Below, one piece after another: positions 40,279 to 49,598 of a DNA stretch of 64,000 nucleotides (position 1 is its first letter; every line of letters begins with the position of its first letter). The stretch covers positions 1,536,001 to 1,600,000 of the forward strand of contig OZ220741.1 of assembly GCA_965116885.1 (NCBI GenBank), written 5' to 3'. This DNA is from Candidatus Latescibacterota bacterium (GTDB lineage: Bacteria > Latescibacterota > UBA2968). A program made the position numbers and the translations under genes. The notes below the pieces were generated by a model. That model was not told the origin of the DNA. It saw only the letters and a program-made list of their open reading frames with translations, and made no database searches.

Positions 40279-40308
40279 TTGACAATTACATCTGGCGGGC
40301 GTTATTTT
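40279..40308 (+). promoter_or_regulatory. Putative sigma70 promoter for rsgA
   Basis: TTGACA-18 nt-TATTTT. Confidence 0.45.
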
Positions 40309-40344
40309 GGGGCGTTCATCACAGAGGGAAGGCTCTGAATAGAT

Positions 40345-41310
40345 ATGTCTAAATCTGACAATGAAGGTACTGTTATCCGCCACCACCTCGGCCATTATGT
40401 CGTCCAGACTGCCGATCGCGTGGTGATGTGCGCGCTTTCGACTCGTTTGAGGAAACAGCTCGAATATCCCGAAGCTGCGCCGGGTTCGCGCCGCCGCCGC
40501 GTGCAGTCAGTGAGACGGGTTCGCGTGATTGATCCGGTTGCGGTTGGAGACCGCGTGGTTTTTTCTGAGGGTGCCGATAATAGGGGTATGATCCGCGAGG
40601 TGTGTCCCCGCAGTAATAAGGTTTCTCGGCGTGCGTCTGGCGGGTCTCATAGAGAGCAACTCTTAGCTGCGAATGTCGATCAGGTTGTCCCCATTATTTC
40701 TGCGGATGAGCCTGCTCCAGACTGGCATTTGCTGGATCGCATGATAGGTATTGCAGAGTGGCAGCAGATACCGGTGTCGCTGTGTCTCAATAAACTCGAT
40801 CTCACCGATGAGACCTGGGCAGATCGGGTTATGCGTTCTTATAAGGCAATGGGATATCCGGCGGTTTATACCAGTATTATTTCCGATGCGGGTAAAGAGG
40901 CGTTTTACGATCTTTTGCGCGGAAAAGTTACCCTTTTTATGGGGGCTTCTGGCGTTGGGAAGTCGAGTTTGCTCAATTGGTTGCAACCGGGATTGCAATT
41001 GCGTACGGGACCTGTTAGCAAAGCTACGGGCGAGGGGATACATACGACAACCCATACGGAATTGGTCGCGCTCGATAAGGGGGGATTTGTCGGGGATATG
41101 CCCGGTGTTCGAGAGTTTTATCTGTACGATATAATGCCCGAAGATATTCCCGTTCTTTTTCGAGATTTTCAACCCTTTCTCGGGGGTTGTCGGTTTCGCG
41201 ATTGCGCGCATGTCCACGAACCCAATTGCGCGGTGAGGATGGGTGTGAATGATGGCGATATCGCGCTTCAACGCTATGAGAGCTATCTGAGGTTGCGAGA
41301 GAGGCCGTGA
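40345..41310 (+). CDS. rsgA: Ribosome small subunit-dependent GTPase A
   Basis: AVGDRV, AANVDQ, NKLDL, GASGVGKSS, HTTT, DMPG, CRFRDCAHVHEPNC zinc finger. Confidence 0.95.
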   Translation: MSKSDNEGTVIRHHLGHYVVQTADRVVMCALSTRLRKQLEYPEAAPGSRRRRVQSVRRVRVIDPVAVGDRVVFSEGADNRGMIREVCPRSNKVSRRASGGSHREQLLAANVDQVVPIISADEPAPDWHLLDRMIGIAEWQQIPVSLCLNKLDLTDETWADRVMRSYKAMGYPAVYTSIISDAGKEAFYDLLRGKVTLFMGASGVGKSSLLNWLQPGLQLRTGPVSKATGEGIHTTTHTELVALDKGGFVGDMPGVREFYLYDIMPEDIPVLFRDFQPFLGGCRFRDCAHVHEPNCAVRMGVNDGDIALQRYESYLRLRERP

Positions 41311-41314
41311 GTAT

Positions 41315-42256
41315 TTAAAAAACCCGCGTTAGAAATAGAGATAAAAACGCTTCGGCATTGACGTGCATCGCGCAATCCACAGGTTCTCCAAGACGATAGG
41401 GTGGGGGTAGGCCGCGGCGGTCTGTGACGACCTGGCCCAGGGTGAGGTCGCCCGATGTTTCTATGTCGATGTACAGGGTTTCTGAGCGCAGGAGTTCGGG
41501 TGTGATGGCCGCGCCTACGGCGAGGGGGTCGTGCAGGTACACGATTGGCGCGCGTCCGAGTTGTCGGTAGAGTGCGAATACGTTCTGTACGGCATCGACG
41601 ACGAATTGAGATGCGACTGTTTTCAGGGGGGCGATCTGGTTTTCGATATCCGATCCGGATAATACGACCTGACGCGTTGCATCTAATGGTACGATCAGAA
41701 GTGCTGCGCCGGAATGGATGACTGTGTGTGCAGCGTGGGGGTCGGCGTAAAAGTTGAATTCTGCTACGGGTGTTGAGTTGCCGGTTTCTGCAATGGCGCC
41801 GCCCATTACGATGACCTGTTTGGCTTTTTGGAGTATGCCCGGTTGGCGCTGTTCTGCCAGTGCCAGATTTGTCAGGGGTCCGACGGCTATTATTGTGATT
41901 TCGCCCGGTTGGTCGGATAGGGTTTGCACGAGGAAGTCAACCGCATTGCCACGCACGTCCAGGGCGGGTTCTGGCAATATGGCTTGTCCCATGCCGCTTT
42001 CGCCATGGACTTCAGTGGCAAATACGGGGTCGCGTTTTAAGGGCTGGTCCGCACCCGCATAGACGGGTATTTCTGTGCGTTCCAATAGTTGCAATAGTCC
42101 TTGTGCGTTGCGCGTGCCGGTGTTGAGAGGGACGTTGCCGCTTACTGTGCAGATGCCCATTACATTGAGTTCCGGAGAGCCCAATGCCAGCATGATGGCC
42201 AGCGCGTCATCCACGCCGGGGTCGGTGTCTAAGATTACAGGTTGTGTGGTCGCCAT
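41315..42256 (-). CDS. Nucleoside hydrolase (IUNH family)
   Basis: DTDPGVDDA, VHGESG, GPLTNLA, MGG, AEFNF, LHDP. Confidence 0.93.
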   Translation of the reverse strand: MATTQPVILDTDPGVDDALAIMLALGSPELNVMGICTVSGNVPLNTGTRNAQGLLQLLERTEIPVYAGADQPLKRDPVFATEVHGESGMGQAILPEPALDVRGNAVDFLVQTLSDQPGEITIIAVGPLTNLALAEQRQPGILQKAKQVIVMGGAIAETGNSTPVAEFNFYADPHAAHTVIHSGAALLIVPLDATRQVVLSGSDIENQIAPLKTVASQFVVDAVQNVFALYRQLGRAPIVYLHDPLAVGAAITPELLRSETLYIDIETSGDLTLGQVVTDRRGLPPPYRLGEPVDCAMHVNAEAFLSLFLTRVF

Positions 42257-42260
42257 ATTG

Positions 42261-43775
42261 CTAAATCCCATACAACGGTTCGTACTTTGCCCTCAGATGC
42301 CGCATTAAGGGTTCATGGCTCAGGGGTTTTCCGGTTACGACTTCGATGAGTTCATTTGCGCGGTAGCGCTGACCTTGCGAGTAGATTTTTTCGGTTAGCC
42401 AGTTTTTCAAGGGGTCGAATACGCCTTCGGCAAATTGTGCATTCAGGTCGCCCACGTCCTGGCGCGCTTGTTCAAAGAATTGCGCGGCGTACAGATTGCC
42501 CAGAGAGTATGTTGGAAAGTACCCTATCCCTCCGCCGCTCCAGTGTATGTCTTGCAAACACCCCAGAGCATCGTCCGGGGGTGTTAGTCCCAGATATTTT
42601 TCAAATGTTTCGTTCCAGACGCCAGGGATATCTTCGGCTTTTAACTCGCCATCGATCAGTGCTTGTTCGAGTTCAAAGCGCAACATGATGTGCAAATTGT
42701 ACGTGGCTTCGTCGGCTTCTACGCGAATATATGAGGGGGCGACGGCGTTGACTGCCGCGTAGAAGTCGCGTTCGGATACATCGCTTAGTGCGTCTGGAAA
42801 TGCGGCTTGCACTTTGGGGTAGAAGTGTGCCCAAAATGCCTCACTGCGGCCGACGAAGTTTTCCCACATGCGCGATTGTGATTCGTGGATGCCCAGGGAT
42901 ATGGATGATCCCATTGGGGTTCCGTAATGTTCGTCGTTTAATCCCTGGTCGTATATGCCGTGGCCCGCTTCGTGCATGATGCTGAAAAAGGATTCGGAAA
43001 AGAAGTGTGTGTTATAACGCGTGGTCAGGCGGGTGTCGCCCGGTCCAATGCCGCTGCAAAATGGGTGGGTGGTGATGTCTAAGCGCCCGTGGTCAAAGTT
43101 GAAGCCGATTTGCGCGGCTGCGGTTTTTCCAAATGCTTCTTGCTGGTCTATGGGGTATGTGCGCGTGAGGATGTTTTCATCGGGTTTTTTGCCGGATTCG
43201 GCGATTGCGCCTACGAGTTCGACGAGTTCGTCGCGCAAGCCCGAGAAGACCCGGGTCAGGTTTTCAGTGGTTTCGCCGGGTTCATAGTCGTCTAATAGCG
43301 TGTCGTAAGATGTTTCGCCGGTGTTTAGCGCATTTACTTGTTGGTGTTTTAGATCAAGGATCTTTGTGAGATGGGGTTGGAACAGGGCGTAGTCCGATTT
43401 TTCGCGTGCTTCTCGCCATACTTGTTGCGAGATGGTGGCTACGCGGGCGAGTTCTTCGACGAGGGATCGGGGCAGTTTGATAGCCCGATCGTAGTCCCGG
43501 CGAAGTTCTCGTATGTTGACTGCGGCTTCGGAACGGGGGTCGGAGATCAGGTCGCTGTTTTCTATTTCAGAGAGCCAGTCGCCGATTTGAGGGGCGGTTG
43601 CGCGTTCGTGTATCATGCCCGTGAGCAATGCGAGTTGTTCGGCGCGATGCCCAGCTCCGCCTTTGGGCATGTAGGTCTGTTTGTCCCAACCCAATACACC
43701 GGCACAGGATCCCAGGAGGGAGATTTGTTTTATTTCTGCAATCAATTTCTGATATGTGGATTTGACATCGGCCAT
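42261..43775 (-). CDS. Carboxypeptidase M32 (Taq type)
   Basis: HPF, HEAGH, HESQSR, IRVEADE, QDIHW, GYFPTYSLG. Confidence 0.95.
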   Translation of the reverse strand: MADVKSTYQKLIAEIKQISLLGSCAGVLGWDKQTYMPKGGAGHRAEQLALLTGMIHERATAPQIGDWLSEIENSDLISDPRSEAAVNIRELRRDYDRAIKLPRSLVEELARVATISQQVWREAREKSDYALFQPHLTKILDLKHQQVNALNTGETSYDTLLDDYEPGETTENLTRVFSGLRDELVELVGAIAESGKKPDENILTRTYPIDQQEAFGKTAAAQIGFNFDHGRLDITTHPFCSGIGPGDTRLTTRYNTHFFSESFFSIMHEAGHGIYDQGLNDEHYGTPMGSSISLGIHESQSRMWENFVGRSEAFWAHFYPKVQAAFPDALSDVSERDFYAAVNAVAPSYIRVEADEATYNLHIMLRFELEQALIDGELKAEDIPGVWNETFEKYLGLTPPDDALGCLQDIHWSGGGIGYFPTYSLGNLYAAQFFEQARQDVGDLNAQFAEGVFDPLKNWLTEKIYSQGQRYRANELIEVVTGKPLSHEPLMRHLRAKYEPLYGI

Positions 43776-44044
43776 TTTTGCTCCTCGTTTGTCATTTGAC
43801 TGTCATCGCGGCATGATTGTAGCCGTGATCCAGATGATGGTTTTTCAATGCGACGCATGCACAGCAAAATCTACGTGCCTTCCATGCACCCGTCAAGCGC
43901 AAATACGGTTCTTCAAGTATCCGTCGCACTTCTGGTCTCAAAAGCCGGAAAGTCTGAACACACAATCAGAAAAGCACTTGAAAGAAGACGCAATTCTGAG
44001 TATGCTTTGTGGAAACTGGTCAGAGTAAACAATGTGAGGACTTT

Positions 44045-44797
44045 ATGGCACGCGATATTATCCAGAATCTTGTCGATGCGTTTTCAACAGAACCCGTGTG
44101 TGTGGCTGATGCGCTGTCGGATGGGCGGTTTTTTTTGGATGAGAAATACGATGCGCTGTCCCGGCGGCTCGGCGATCTGTTCTGGTTGCCTGTGTCACAT
44201 GCTTATGTCGTGTTCTGTTATGCGTATAGCGCGTTGTTCGGGATTCCCGATTTTACGCGTGAAGCCCTGATGCGCCAGCCCGATCGGTTTTCGCAAAAGC
44301 GTTTGGCGCTGACGATTCGCTCGACGAGTGGTTTTGTACTCGATGGTTTTGGCTATGACCGTCGCACGGAGCGGTATCGCAAAGATATTTATTGGCCCGG
44401 TCCGGTTATTCGCAGTGTGCATGTGGAGAGTCCCAGGCACAATAAGGCGCGGATTTCCAATCTGGCAATGGCGTATTTTGGGTATCATCTCATCCGCGCG
44501 GCAGAGTGGCTTTCTGTACATCGCGAGAATACGGATTTTGCCAGAGAACGTCGGCGGCACTATGATTTTGTTGGTGACTTTTTCCGCACGGCTGATTATC
44601 CTTTCCCTGTGGGTCGCCGCGACGCGAGGGAATTTTCGAGGCAGGTCGATGGGTTGCTGGCTGGGGATGACTGTGCGGATTGCTGGCATAACATCCGCCA
44701 CGCAGCAAGAGATCTGGACGTAGGTCTCGATCTCGATGATCTCGCGTCTTTTTTGCCGAAACGCACGGGTGTATTTTTTAGGCAAGCGGTTTTTTAA
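44045..44797 (+). CDS. Hypothetical protein, possible MpaB/DUF2236-like oxygenase
   Basis: GAGGA SD; KRLALT ... IRSVH ... ISN..M.Y spacing recalls the MpaB-like heme domain (weak). Confidence 0.45.
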   Translation: MARDIIQNLVDAFSTEPVCVADALSDGRFFLDEKYDALSRRLGDLFWLPVSHAYVVFCYAYSALFGIPDFTREALMRQPDRFSQKRLALTIRSTSGFVLDGFGYDRRTERYRKDIYWPGPVIRSVHVESPRHNKARISNLAMAYFGYHLIRAAEWLSVHRENTDFARERRRHYDFVGDFFRTADYPFPVGRRDAREFSRQVDGLLAGDDCADCWHNIRHAARDLDVGLDLDDLASFLPKRTGVFFRQAVF

Positions 44798-44888
44798 TTC
44801 GTTATAATATAGGAGGCATGATATGTCGAAGAGCCTCTTTCACAAGGTCGCTCATTCGCTTTTCACTCTTTTCAAAAGGAGACGTCAC

Positions 44889-45128
44889 ATGGCCCGGGTA
44901 GAAATTGAATATTGTGCAGCTTGAGGCTATGAAACACAATCCGTCGGGATGACGGATCAAATTGTCAATGCATTTAAGCAGGATATCGAAGCTATTACCC
45001 TGATTCCGTCCAGCGGTGGTCGCTTTGAGGTTACGGTTGATGGCGAACTGGTGTTCTCCAAACTCAAGGAGAAACGCTTTCCGGAATACGAGGAAATTCA
45101 ACCGCATATTCAAAGTCGAATTTCGTGA
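44889..45128 (+). CDS. SelW/Rdx-family selenoprotein (CxxU)
   Basis: Hand translation MARVEIEYCAAUGYE...GGRFEVTVDGELVFSKLKEKRFPE; in-frame TGA at 44922-44924; AAGGAG SD; absent from the ORF track. Confidence 0.9.
44939..44957 (+). promoter_or_regulatory. Bacterial SECIS-like hairpin
   Basis: ATCCGTC-GGGAT-GACGGAT 7-bp stem with G-rich loop, 14 nt after the UGA. Confidence 0.7.
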
Positions 45129-45149
45129 ATTGGGGATGCTGGAAATAAG

Positions 45150-45176
45150 TGAGCCGGGGTAAAAAACTCCGGCTCA
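45150..45176. terminator. Stem-loop downstream of the selenoprotein gene
   Basis: TGAGCCGGGGT-AAAAA-ACTCCGGCTCA. Confidence 0.55.
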
Positions 45177-45223
45177 AACTCAGGCGATTAAGGGAAAAAA
45201 GACTGCCGCGGACATTCTAAGCG

Positions 45224-45565
45224 ATGATCACAACAAAGGTTGCGATTATGGAAACAGCCATTCGGGAAATGACGCGCAGAATTATTGAACAATTCAATCC
45301 CATAAAGATCGTTCTTTTTGGGTCTCATGCGCGAGGGACTGCTGTTTCGGACAGTGATATTGATCTTTTGGTTATCAAAAAAATAGAAGGCTCCAAACGC
45401 AAGGAGCGAGTCGCTATAGGCATTGCCCTTCACGATATCCATGTACCAAAGGATATTATTGTTGCCTCGCCCGAAGAGGTTGCAAAATTCGGAAACACTG
45501 TAGGCACAGTATTATATCCCGCCCTGAAAGAAGGCAAAGTACTATATGAAAAAACCCTCGTCTGA
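45224..45565 (+). CDS. Minimal nucleotidyltransferase (MNT) antitoxin
   Basis: LFGSHARG, SDIDLLVI, EGKVLY. Confidence 0.88.
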   Translation: MITTKVAIMETAIREMTRRIIEQFNPIKIVLFGSHARGTAVSDSDIDLLVIKKIEGSKRKERVAIGIALHDIHVPKDIIVASPEEVAKFGNTVGTVLYPALKEGKVLYEKTLV

Positions 45566-45965
45566 AACTATAGTACTGGTCAAAGAATGGATATTCTATG
45601 CCGAAGAGGATTTCAGAAATGCAGAGCATACACTGACTATGACGGAGGATTGTCCCTTCAGTACGGTCTGTTTTCACGCTCAGCAAGTTGTAGAAAAATA
45701 TATCAAAGCTTTTTTGACATTGCGTACAATCCCGTTTGCCCGAACCCACGATATCGAAAATCTTATTCATCAACTCCCAGAAGATATTCAGATTCCATTA
45801 TCTATTGAGGAACAACGTCTGCTCACTGATTATGCAACGGTCAGTCGTTATCCCGGCGAATGGGAACCGATTGATCGCTGTGACGCAAAATCAGCAGTCG
45901 CACTTGCAAAAAAAGTCCGCGAAATGATTCGCCCGCTTTTTCCGTCTAAAACGTTAGAATCTTGA
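45546..45965 (+). CDS. HEPN domain protein (MNT-HEPN pair)
   Basis: W...[26 protein letters not shown]; overlaps the MNT gene. Confidence 0.88.
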   Translation: MKKPSSETIVLVKEWIFYAEEDFRNAEHTLTMTEDCPFSTVCFHAQQVVEKYIKAFLTLRTIPFARTHDIENLIHQLPEDIQIPLSIEEQRLLTDYATVSRYPGEWEPIDRCDAKSAVALAKKVREMIRPLFPSKTLES

Positions 45966-46032
45966 TCTATTTTTTATTTTTTTAGGAAACCCATTCCCAA
46001 ACCTTTTTAGCGATTTAATCACGGAGGCTTTT

Positions 46033-47070
46033 ATGAGCGATCTCAATGTCGGCATTGTTGGACTCGGCTGGGTAGCTGGGGCACATATTGATACGTTTAA
46101 GGCGGTCAACGGTGCAAATGTCACGGCGATATGTTCTCGTCGGGATCACAACGAAGATGATCTTGCGGCACAATACGGCACGCCTTTGAAGGCGTATAAG
46201 AATTACGATGATATGATCGCAGATCCCGATATTCATATTATCGATATTTGCACGCCACACAAATTTCACGCCGATCAGGCGGTTGCGGCTGCCGAGGCGG
46301 GCAAGCACCTGCTTATCGAAAAACCTATATGTCTGTCTTATGAGGACCTCAAACGGGTGCGCGATGCGATTGTAGCAGCCGGGGTGCAATCCTGTGTTTG
46401 TTTTGAGTGTCGCTTTAGCGCGCACTTTTCTATGATCCGCTCGATTATTGACGAGGGGTTGCTCGGCGAGTTGCACTATGGCGAGGTTGATTACTACCAC
46501 GGGATTGGTCCCTGGTATGGTCAATTTGAATGGAATGTGAAGAAGGATTTTGCCGGGTCGAGTTTGCTCACTGCGGGATGTCACGCTCTGGATGCGTGTC
46601 TATTCTTTATGGATGGCGATGTGGAGGAGGTGACCAGCCTGGCTACGAGATCGAAATCCGATATTTTTGAACCTTATGAATACGATACGACCACGGTTTC
46701 TCTTCTCAAATTTGCCAATGGGAATGCGGCAAAGGTGACTTCGTGTGTCGATTGCTTGCAGCCCTATTATTTTCATATTCATCTCGTGGGTTCCGAAGGT
46801 AGTTTGCTGGACAATCGGATCTATTCGCACAAGTTGCACGGCATGAGCAAAGAGAGGTGGAGTACGCTGGAGACGTCGCTGATTGACTCTGGGGATGTGG
46901 CAGATCATCCCTATGAGCCGCAGTTCCAGGCGTTTGTAGATGGTATCAATGCGAATGAGCCGATGCCGCGCACGAATTTTGATATTGCTTTTGAGACCCA
47001 TCGCGTCAATTTTGCCGCCGATCTTTCGGCGTCGGAGGGACGCACGGTCCAGCTTTCGGAATTTGACTGA
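46033..47070 (+). CDS. Gfo/Idh/MocA family oxidoreductase
   Basis: [28 protein letters not shown]. Confidence 0.92.
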   Translation: MSDLNVGIVGLGWVAGAHIDTFKAVNGANVTAICSRRDHNEDDLAAQYGTPLKAYKNYDDMIADPDIHIIDICTPHKFHADQAVAAAEAGKHLLIEKPICLSYEDLKRVRDAIVAAGVQSCVCFECRFSAHFSMIRSIIDEGLLGELHYGEVDYYHGIGPWYGQFEWNVKKDFAGSSLLTAGCHALDACLFFMDGDVEEVTSLATRSKSDIFEPYEYDTTTVSLLKFANGNAAKVTSCVDCLQPYYFHIHLVGSEGSLLDNRIYSHKLHGMSKERWSTLETSLIDSGDVADHPYEPQFQAFVDGINANEPMPRTNFDIAFETHRVNFAADLSASEGRTVQLSEFD

Positions 47071-47090
47071 GGGGACGATGATTACGACAG

Positions 47091-47126
47091 AAACCCACTC
47101 GCGAGGATGGCGGGTGGGTTTTTTTT
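47091..47126 (+). terminator. Rho-independent terminator
   Basis: AAACCCACTCGC...GCGGGTGGGTTTTTTTT. Confidence 0.8.
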
Positions 47127-47138
47127 ATGCCATCTGAC

Positions 47139-47207
47139 GGACGGGCACGGGGGCACCGCCCCTACGGTTAATCATTCAGGTGTAGGGGACGGCCCCTGTG
47201 CCGTCCC
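47139..47207. repeat. GTAG-tagged REP doublet (type B reverse, type A forward) overlapping the 3' end of the TrmH-family gene
   Basis: GGACGGGCACGGGGGCACCGCCCCTAC (47139-47165) and GTAGGGGACGGCCCCTGTGCCGTCCC (47182-47207). Confidence 0.85.
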
Positions 47208-47975
47208 GATGTGTTGAATTTGATACAGGAGGATGCCGGTTGCGACTGCAATGTTGAGCGATTCGACCGGGGCGGCCATGGGTATGGTGACGGTGTGATC
47301 GGATAGGGCGAGGAGGGCGGGGTCAATGCCAAAGGCTTCGTTGCCGAGGAGGAGGGCAACGGGTTTTTGGGGTTGGAGTTTGTGGAAGGAGATGCCGCTG
47401 GTGTGTGCTGCGATGATCTGGATGTTGCGCTGGCGGAGTTGGTGTAACAGGGCGGGTCCGTCCTGGAGGGGGAAGACGGGCATGCGAAAGATGGCACCCA
47501 TGGTGGCGCGCACGACTTTGGGGTTATAGACTTCGACCGATCCGCGAGTGAGAAAGATGCCTTTGCATCCGGCGGCTTCGGCTGTTCGCATGATGACGCC
47601 CAGGTTGCCGGGGTCGGAGACGCGGTCGAGGATGAGGAATGGGCCGTTGGTGTTGAGGACGGTTTTGCGATCATAGGTCGGCATTGATACCACGCCGAGT
47701 ACGCCTTGCGGTGTGTCTGTGTCTGACATGTGTTTGAAGGCGCGCCAGTCGGTTTGCTGAATGGGGATGCGCTGTGCAAGGGTCGCCTGGTAGAGGTTTT
47801 CGAGGCGTGTGTTGCGGGCGATGCTTTCGCGGCAGAAGATGAGTTGTTCGAGGGTGTCGCTGCTTTTGAGTGCTTCTTCGCAGAGACGGATGCCCTCTAT
47901 GAGATATTTTTGTTCTGCCTGACGCATTTTGCGGCGTTTCAGGTTCAGAATTTTTTTGGCGTTTTTGATGGCCAT
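47172..47975 (-). CDS. TrmH/SpoU family RNA methyltransferase
   Basis: TPQG, DPGNLG..MRTA, KVVRATMG, GNEAFG, ESLN.AVA. Confidence 0.92.
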   Translation of the reverse strand: MAIKNAKKILNLKRRKMRQAEQKYLIEGIRLCEEALKSSDTLEQLIFCRESIARNTRLENLYQATLAQRIPIQQTDWRAFKHMSDTDTPQGVLGVVSMPTYDRKTVLNTNGPFLILDRVSDPGNLGVIMRTAEAAGCKGIFLTRGSVEVYNPKVVRATMGAIFRMPVFPLQDGPALLHQLRQRNIQIIAAHTSGISFHKLQPQKPVALLLGNEAFGIDPALLALSDHTVTIPMAAPVESLNIAVATGILLYQIQHIGTAQGPSPTPE

Positions 47976-47979
47976 GGGG

Positions 47980-48129
47980 CTATGGGGTGTTGTCTTTGGT
48001 GATGGCGGCGCGCAGTTCGCGCAGTTCTTCCCATATTGCTTTTTCGCGTTTGGACAGGCTCAAAAAGTAGAGCAAGATGGCGACCCATATTATGATGTAC
48101 GCCGCAGTCATGTATTCGAGGTGTTGCAT
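47980..48129 (-). CDS. ccmD: CcmD-like heme exporter small subunit
   Basis: AAYIIIW TM segment followed by a charged tail; GGAGG SD; directly after ccmC. Confidence 0.75.
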   Translation of the reverse strand: MQHLEYMTAAYIIIWVAILLYFLSLSKREKAIWEELRELRAAITKDNTP

Positions 48130-48141
48130 AAATGCCTCCGT

Positions 48142-48164
48142 GACGAATAGACGAATAGACGAAT
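48142..48164 (+). repeat. Tandem octamer repeat (GACGAATA x3)
   Basis: GACGAATA GACGAATA GACGAAT between ccmC and ccmD. Confidence 0.7.
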
Positions 48165-48234
48165 CCCGCCCTGCCACCCAAAGTCGTTACGAGCTTCGAT
48201 GACAGGTATAAGAAAGTAAAAAAAAAGTTTATTT

Positions 48235-48924
48235 TCAATCCCGAATTTCAGCTTTGAGTGATTCGAGTTCGTCTCGTGCCTTTGCAAGTGATACGCGCTT
48301 GAAGAGCAGGGCGAAAAAGAGCGCGAAGAAGGTGATGACGCAAAAGAAAAAAGCGATTTTCATGTCGGGCGGCAGGCTGATTTCTTCGCCGCGCACCACT
48401 TCGGGGTGGTGCGTGCGCCACAGTTTGGTGGCGTAGTGGATGAAGGGTACGTTGAGGAAGCCGATTATGCCGAGGACTGCGCGAAAGCGCGCACTTTGAA
48501 CCGGATCTTCGAGGTAGGCGCGCAACATGTGATACGCCGCGAGAATGAGCCAGAGTATGAGTGTGAGTGTGAGTTGCGCATCCCAGACCCACCACGCGCC
48601 CCAGATGGGTTTTGCCCAGATCGCACCTGTGATTAAGACCAGGGTGCCAAAGAGCAGGCTTACTTCGGCTGAACACGCCGCCCATAAGTCGCAGTTTTTG
48701 TCGCGTTTCCAGAGATAGAAGATGCTGAAGACAAAGCAGAGAAAGCTGCCCAAGAACATTGAGAAAGCAGATGGGACGTGGTAGTAGAAGATTTTTTGTG
48801 CCAGTCCCATTTCTTTTTCTATTCCGGCGTAAACGAATACCAGATAGGGTGCGATGGATAGACAGATGAGCGCAAGAATACCGAAGACAAATGGAAGGAT
48901 GTAGGGTTTTTGGGGCATTGTCAA
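48235..48924 (-). CDS. ccmC: Heme exporter/cytochrome c biogenesis protein CcmC
   Basis: IFYYHVP, TGAIWAKPIWGAWWVWD WWD motif, WRTHHP. Confidence 0.92.
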   Translation of the reverse strand: MTMPQKPYILPFVFGILALICLSIAPYLVFVYAGIEKEMGLAQKIFYYHVPSAFSMFLGSFLCFVFSIFYLWKRDKNCDLWAACSAEVSLLFGTLVLITGAIWAKPIWGAWWVWDAQLTLTLILWLILAAYHMLRAYLEDPVQSARFRAVLGIIGFLNVPFIHYATKLWRTHHPEVVRGEEISLPPDMKIAFFFCVITFFALFFALLFKRVSLAKARDELESLKAEIRD

Positions 48925-49598
48925 TCCTCCAGAACATATTCAAATAAGAGCAGGCAGGCAGCGATGTAGAGTGTGACAAAAGCACCGCTGAGGACGAGCC
49001 AGTCTGTGATTTCACTGCCTTCGAGAACTGCGCGAAAGGATTCGATGGCTGCGAGAAGTGCCGGGATGAATATGGGCAGTGTGAGCAGGGGTAAGAAGGC
49101 CTCTCGCAATCGGGTGTTGAGCGACATGGCAGAGAAGAGGGTGCCAATGGCTGCAAGACCGAGGGTGCCCAGCAAGATAGGCAGGATTAGACGCGGGAGT
49201 GCCTGTGCGATTTCCAGGTTGAGAAAGATGACAATGATGGGCAAGATGAGCGCCTGGAGTATGAGCATGGTGAGGGTGTTGCCCAGCATTTTGCCCAAAA
49301 AGATCGCACCCGGGTCTGCAGGTGTGAGGCGCAATCCCATCAGGCAGTCGTTTTGTGTTTCAATGGCATAAGATCGACTGAGGCCCAGCAGTCCTGCAAA
49401 AGCTGTGGCGATCCAGAAGATGCCGGGGGCGACGGTTTTTATGATTGGGGATCCAGGTTCATATATAAAATTGAAGATGATGACGATTAGCAATGCGAAA
49501 AAGGCCATGGCACTGAGGCGTTCTCTGGTGCGCCATTCGGTTTTGAGATCTTTTTGAAGAATGGCGAGGGTTTGTGTGAAGAAAAGAGGCATTTTCAA
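48921..49598 (-). CDS. ccmB: Heme exporter permease CcmB
   Basis: KDLKTEWR, IFLGK, LPLLTLP..IP. Confidence 0.9.
   Translation of the reverse strand: MKMPLFFTQTLAILQKDLKTEWRTRERLSAMAFFALLIVIIFNFIYEPGSPIIKTVAPGIFWIATAFAGLLGLSRSYAIETQNDCLMGLRLTPADPGAIFLGKMLGNTLTMLILQALILPIIVIFLNLEIAQALPRLILPILLGTLGLAAIGTLFSAMSLNTRLREAFLPLLTLPIFIPALLAAIESFRAVLEGSEITDWLVLSGAFVTLYIAACLLLFEYVLED

Noticed and set aside
43849..43928. TGCGACG...CGTCGCA long stem as a possible ncRNA
   Set aside because: The enclosed sequence is a good minus-strand sigma70 promoter (TTGACG-17-TAGATT) for the carboxypeptidase; no other support for an RNA gene
44802..45113. 103-aa minus-strand ORF from the ORF track
   Set aside because: Antisense shadow of the plus-strand selenoprotein gene
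45224..45965. MNT-HEPN pair as a novel system
   Set aside because: Well-known, widespread two-gene module with ordinary motifs; listed as features only
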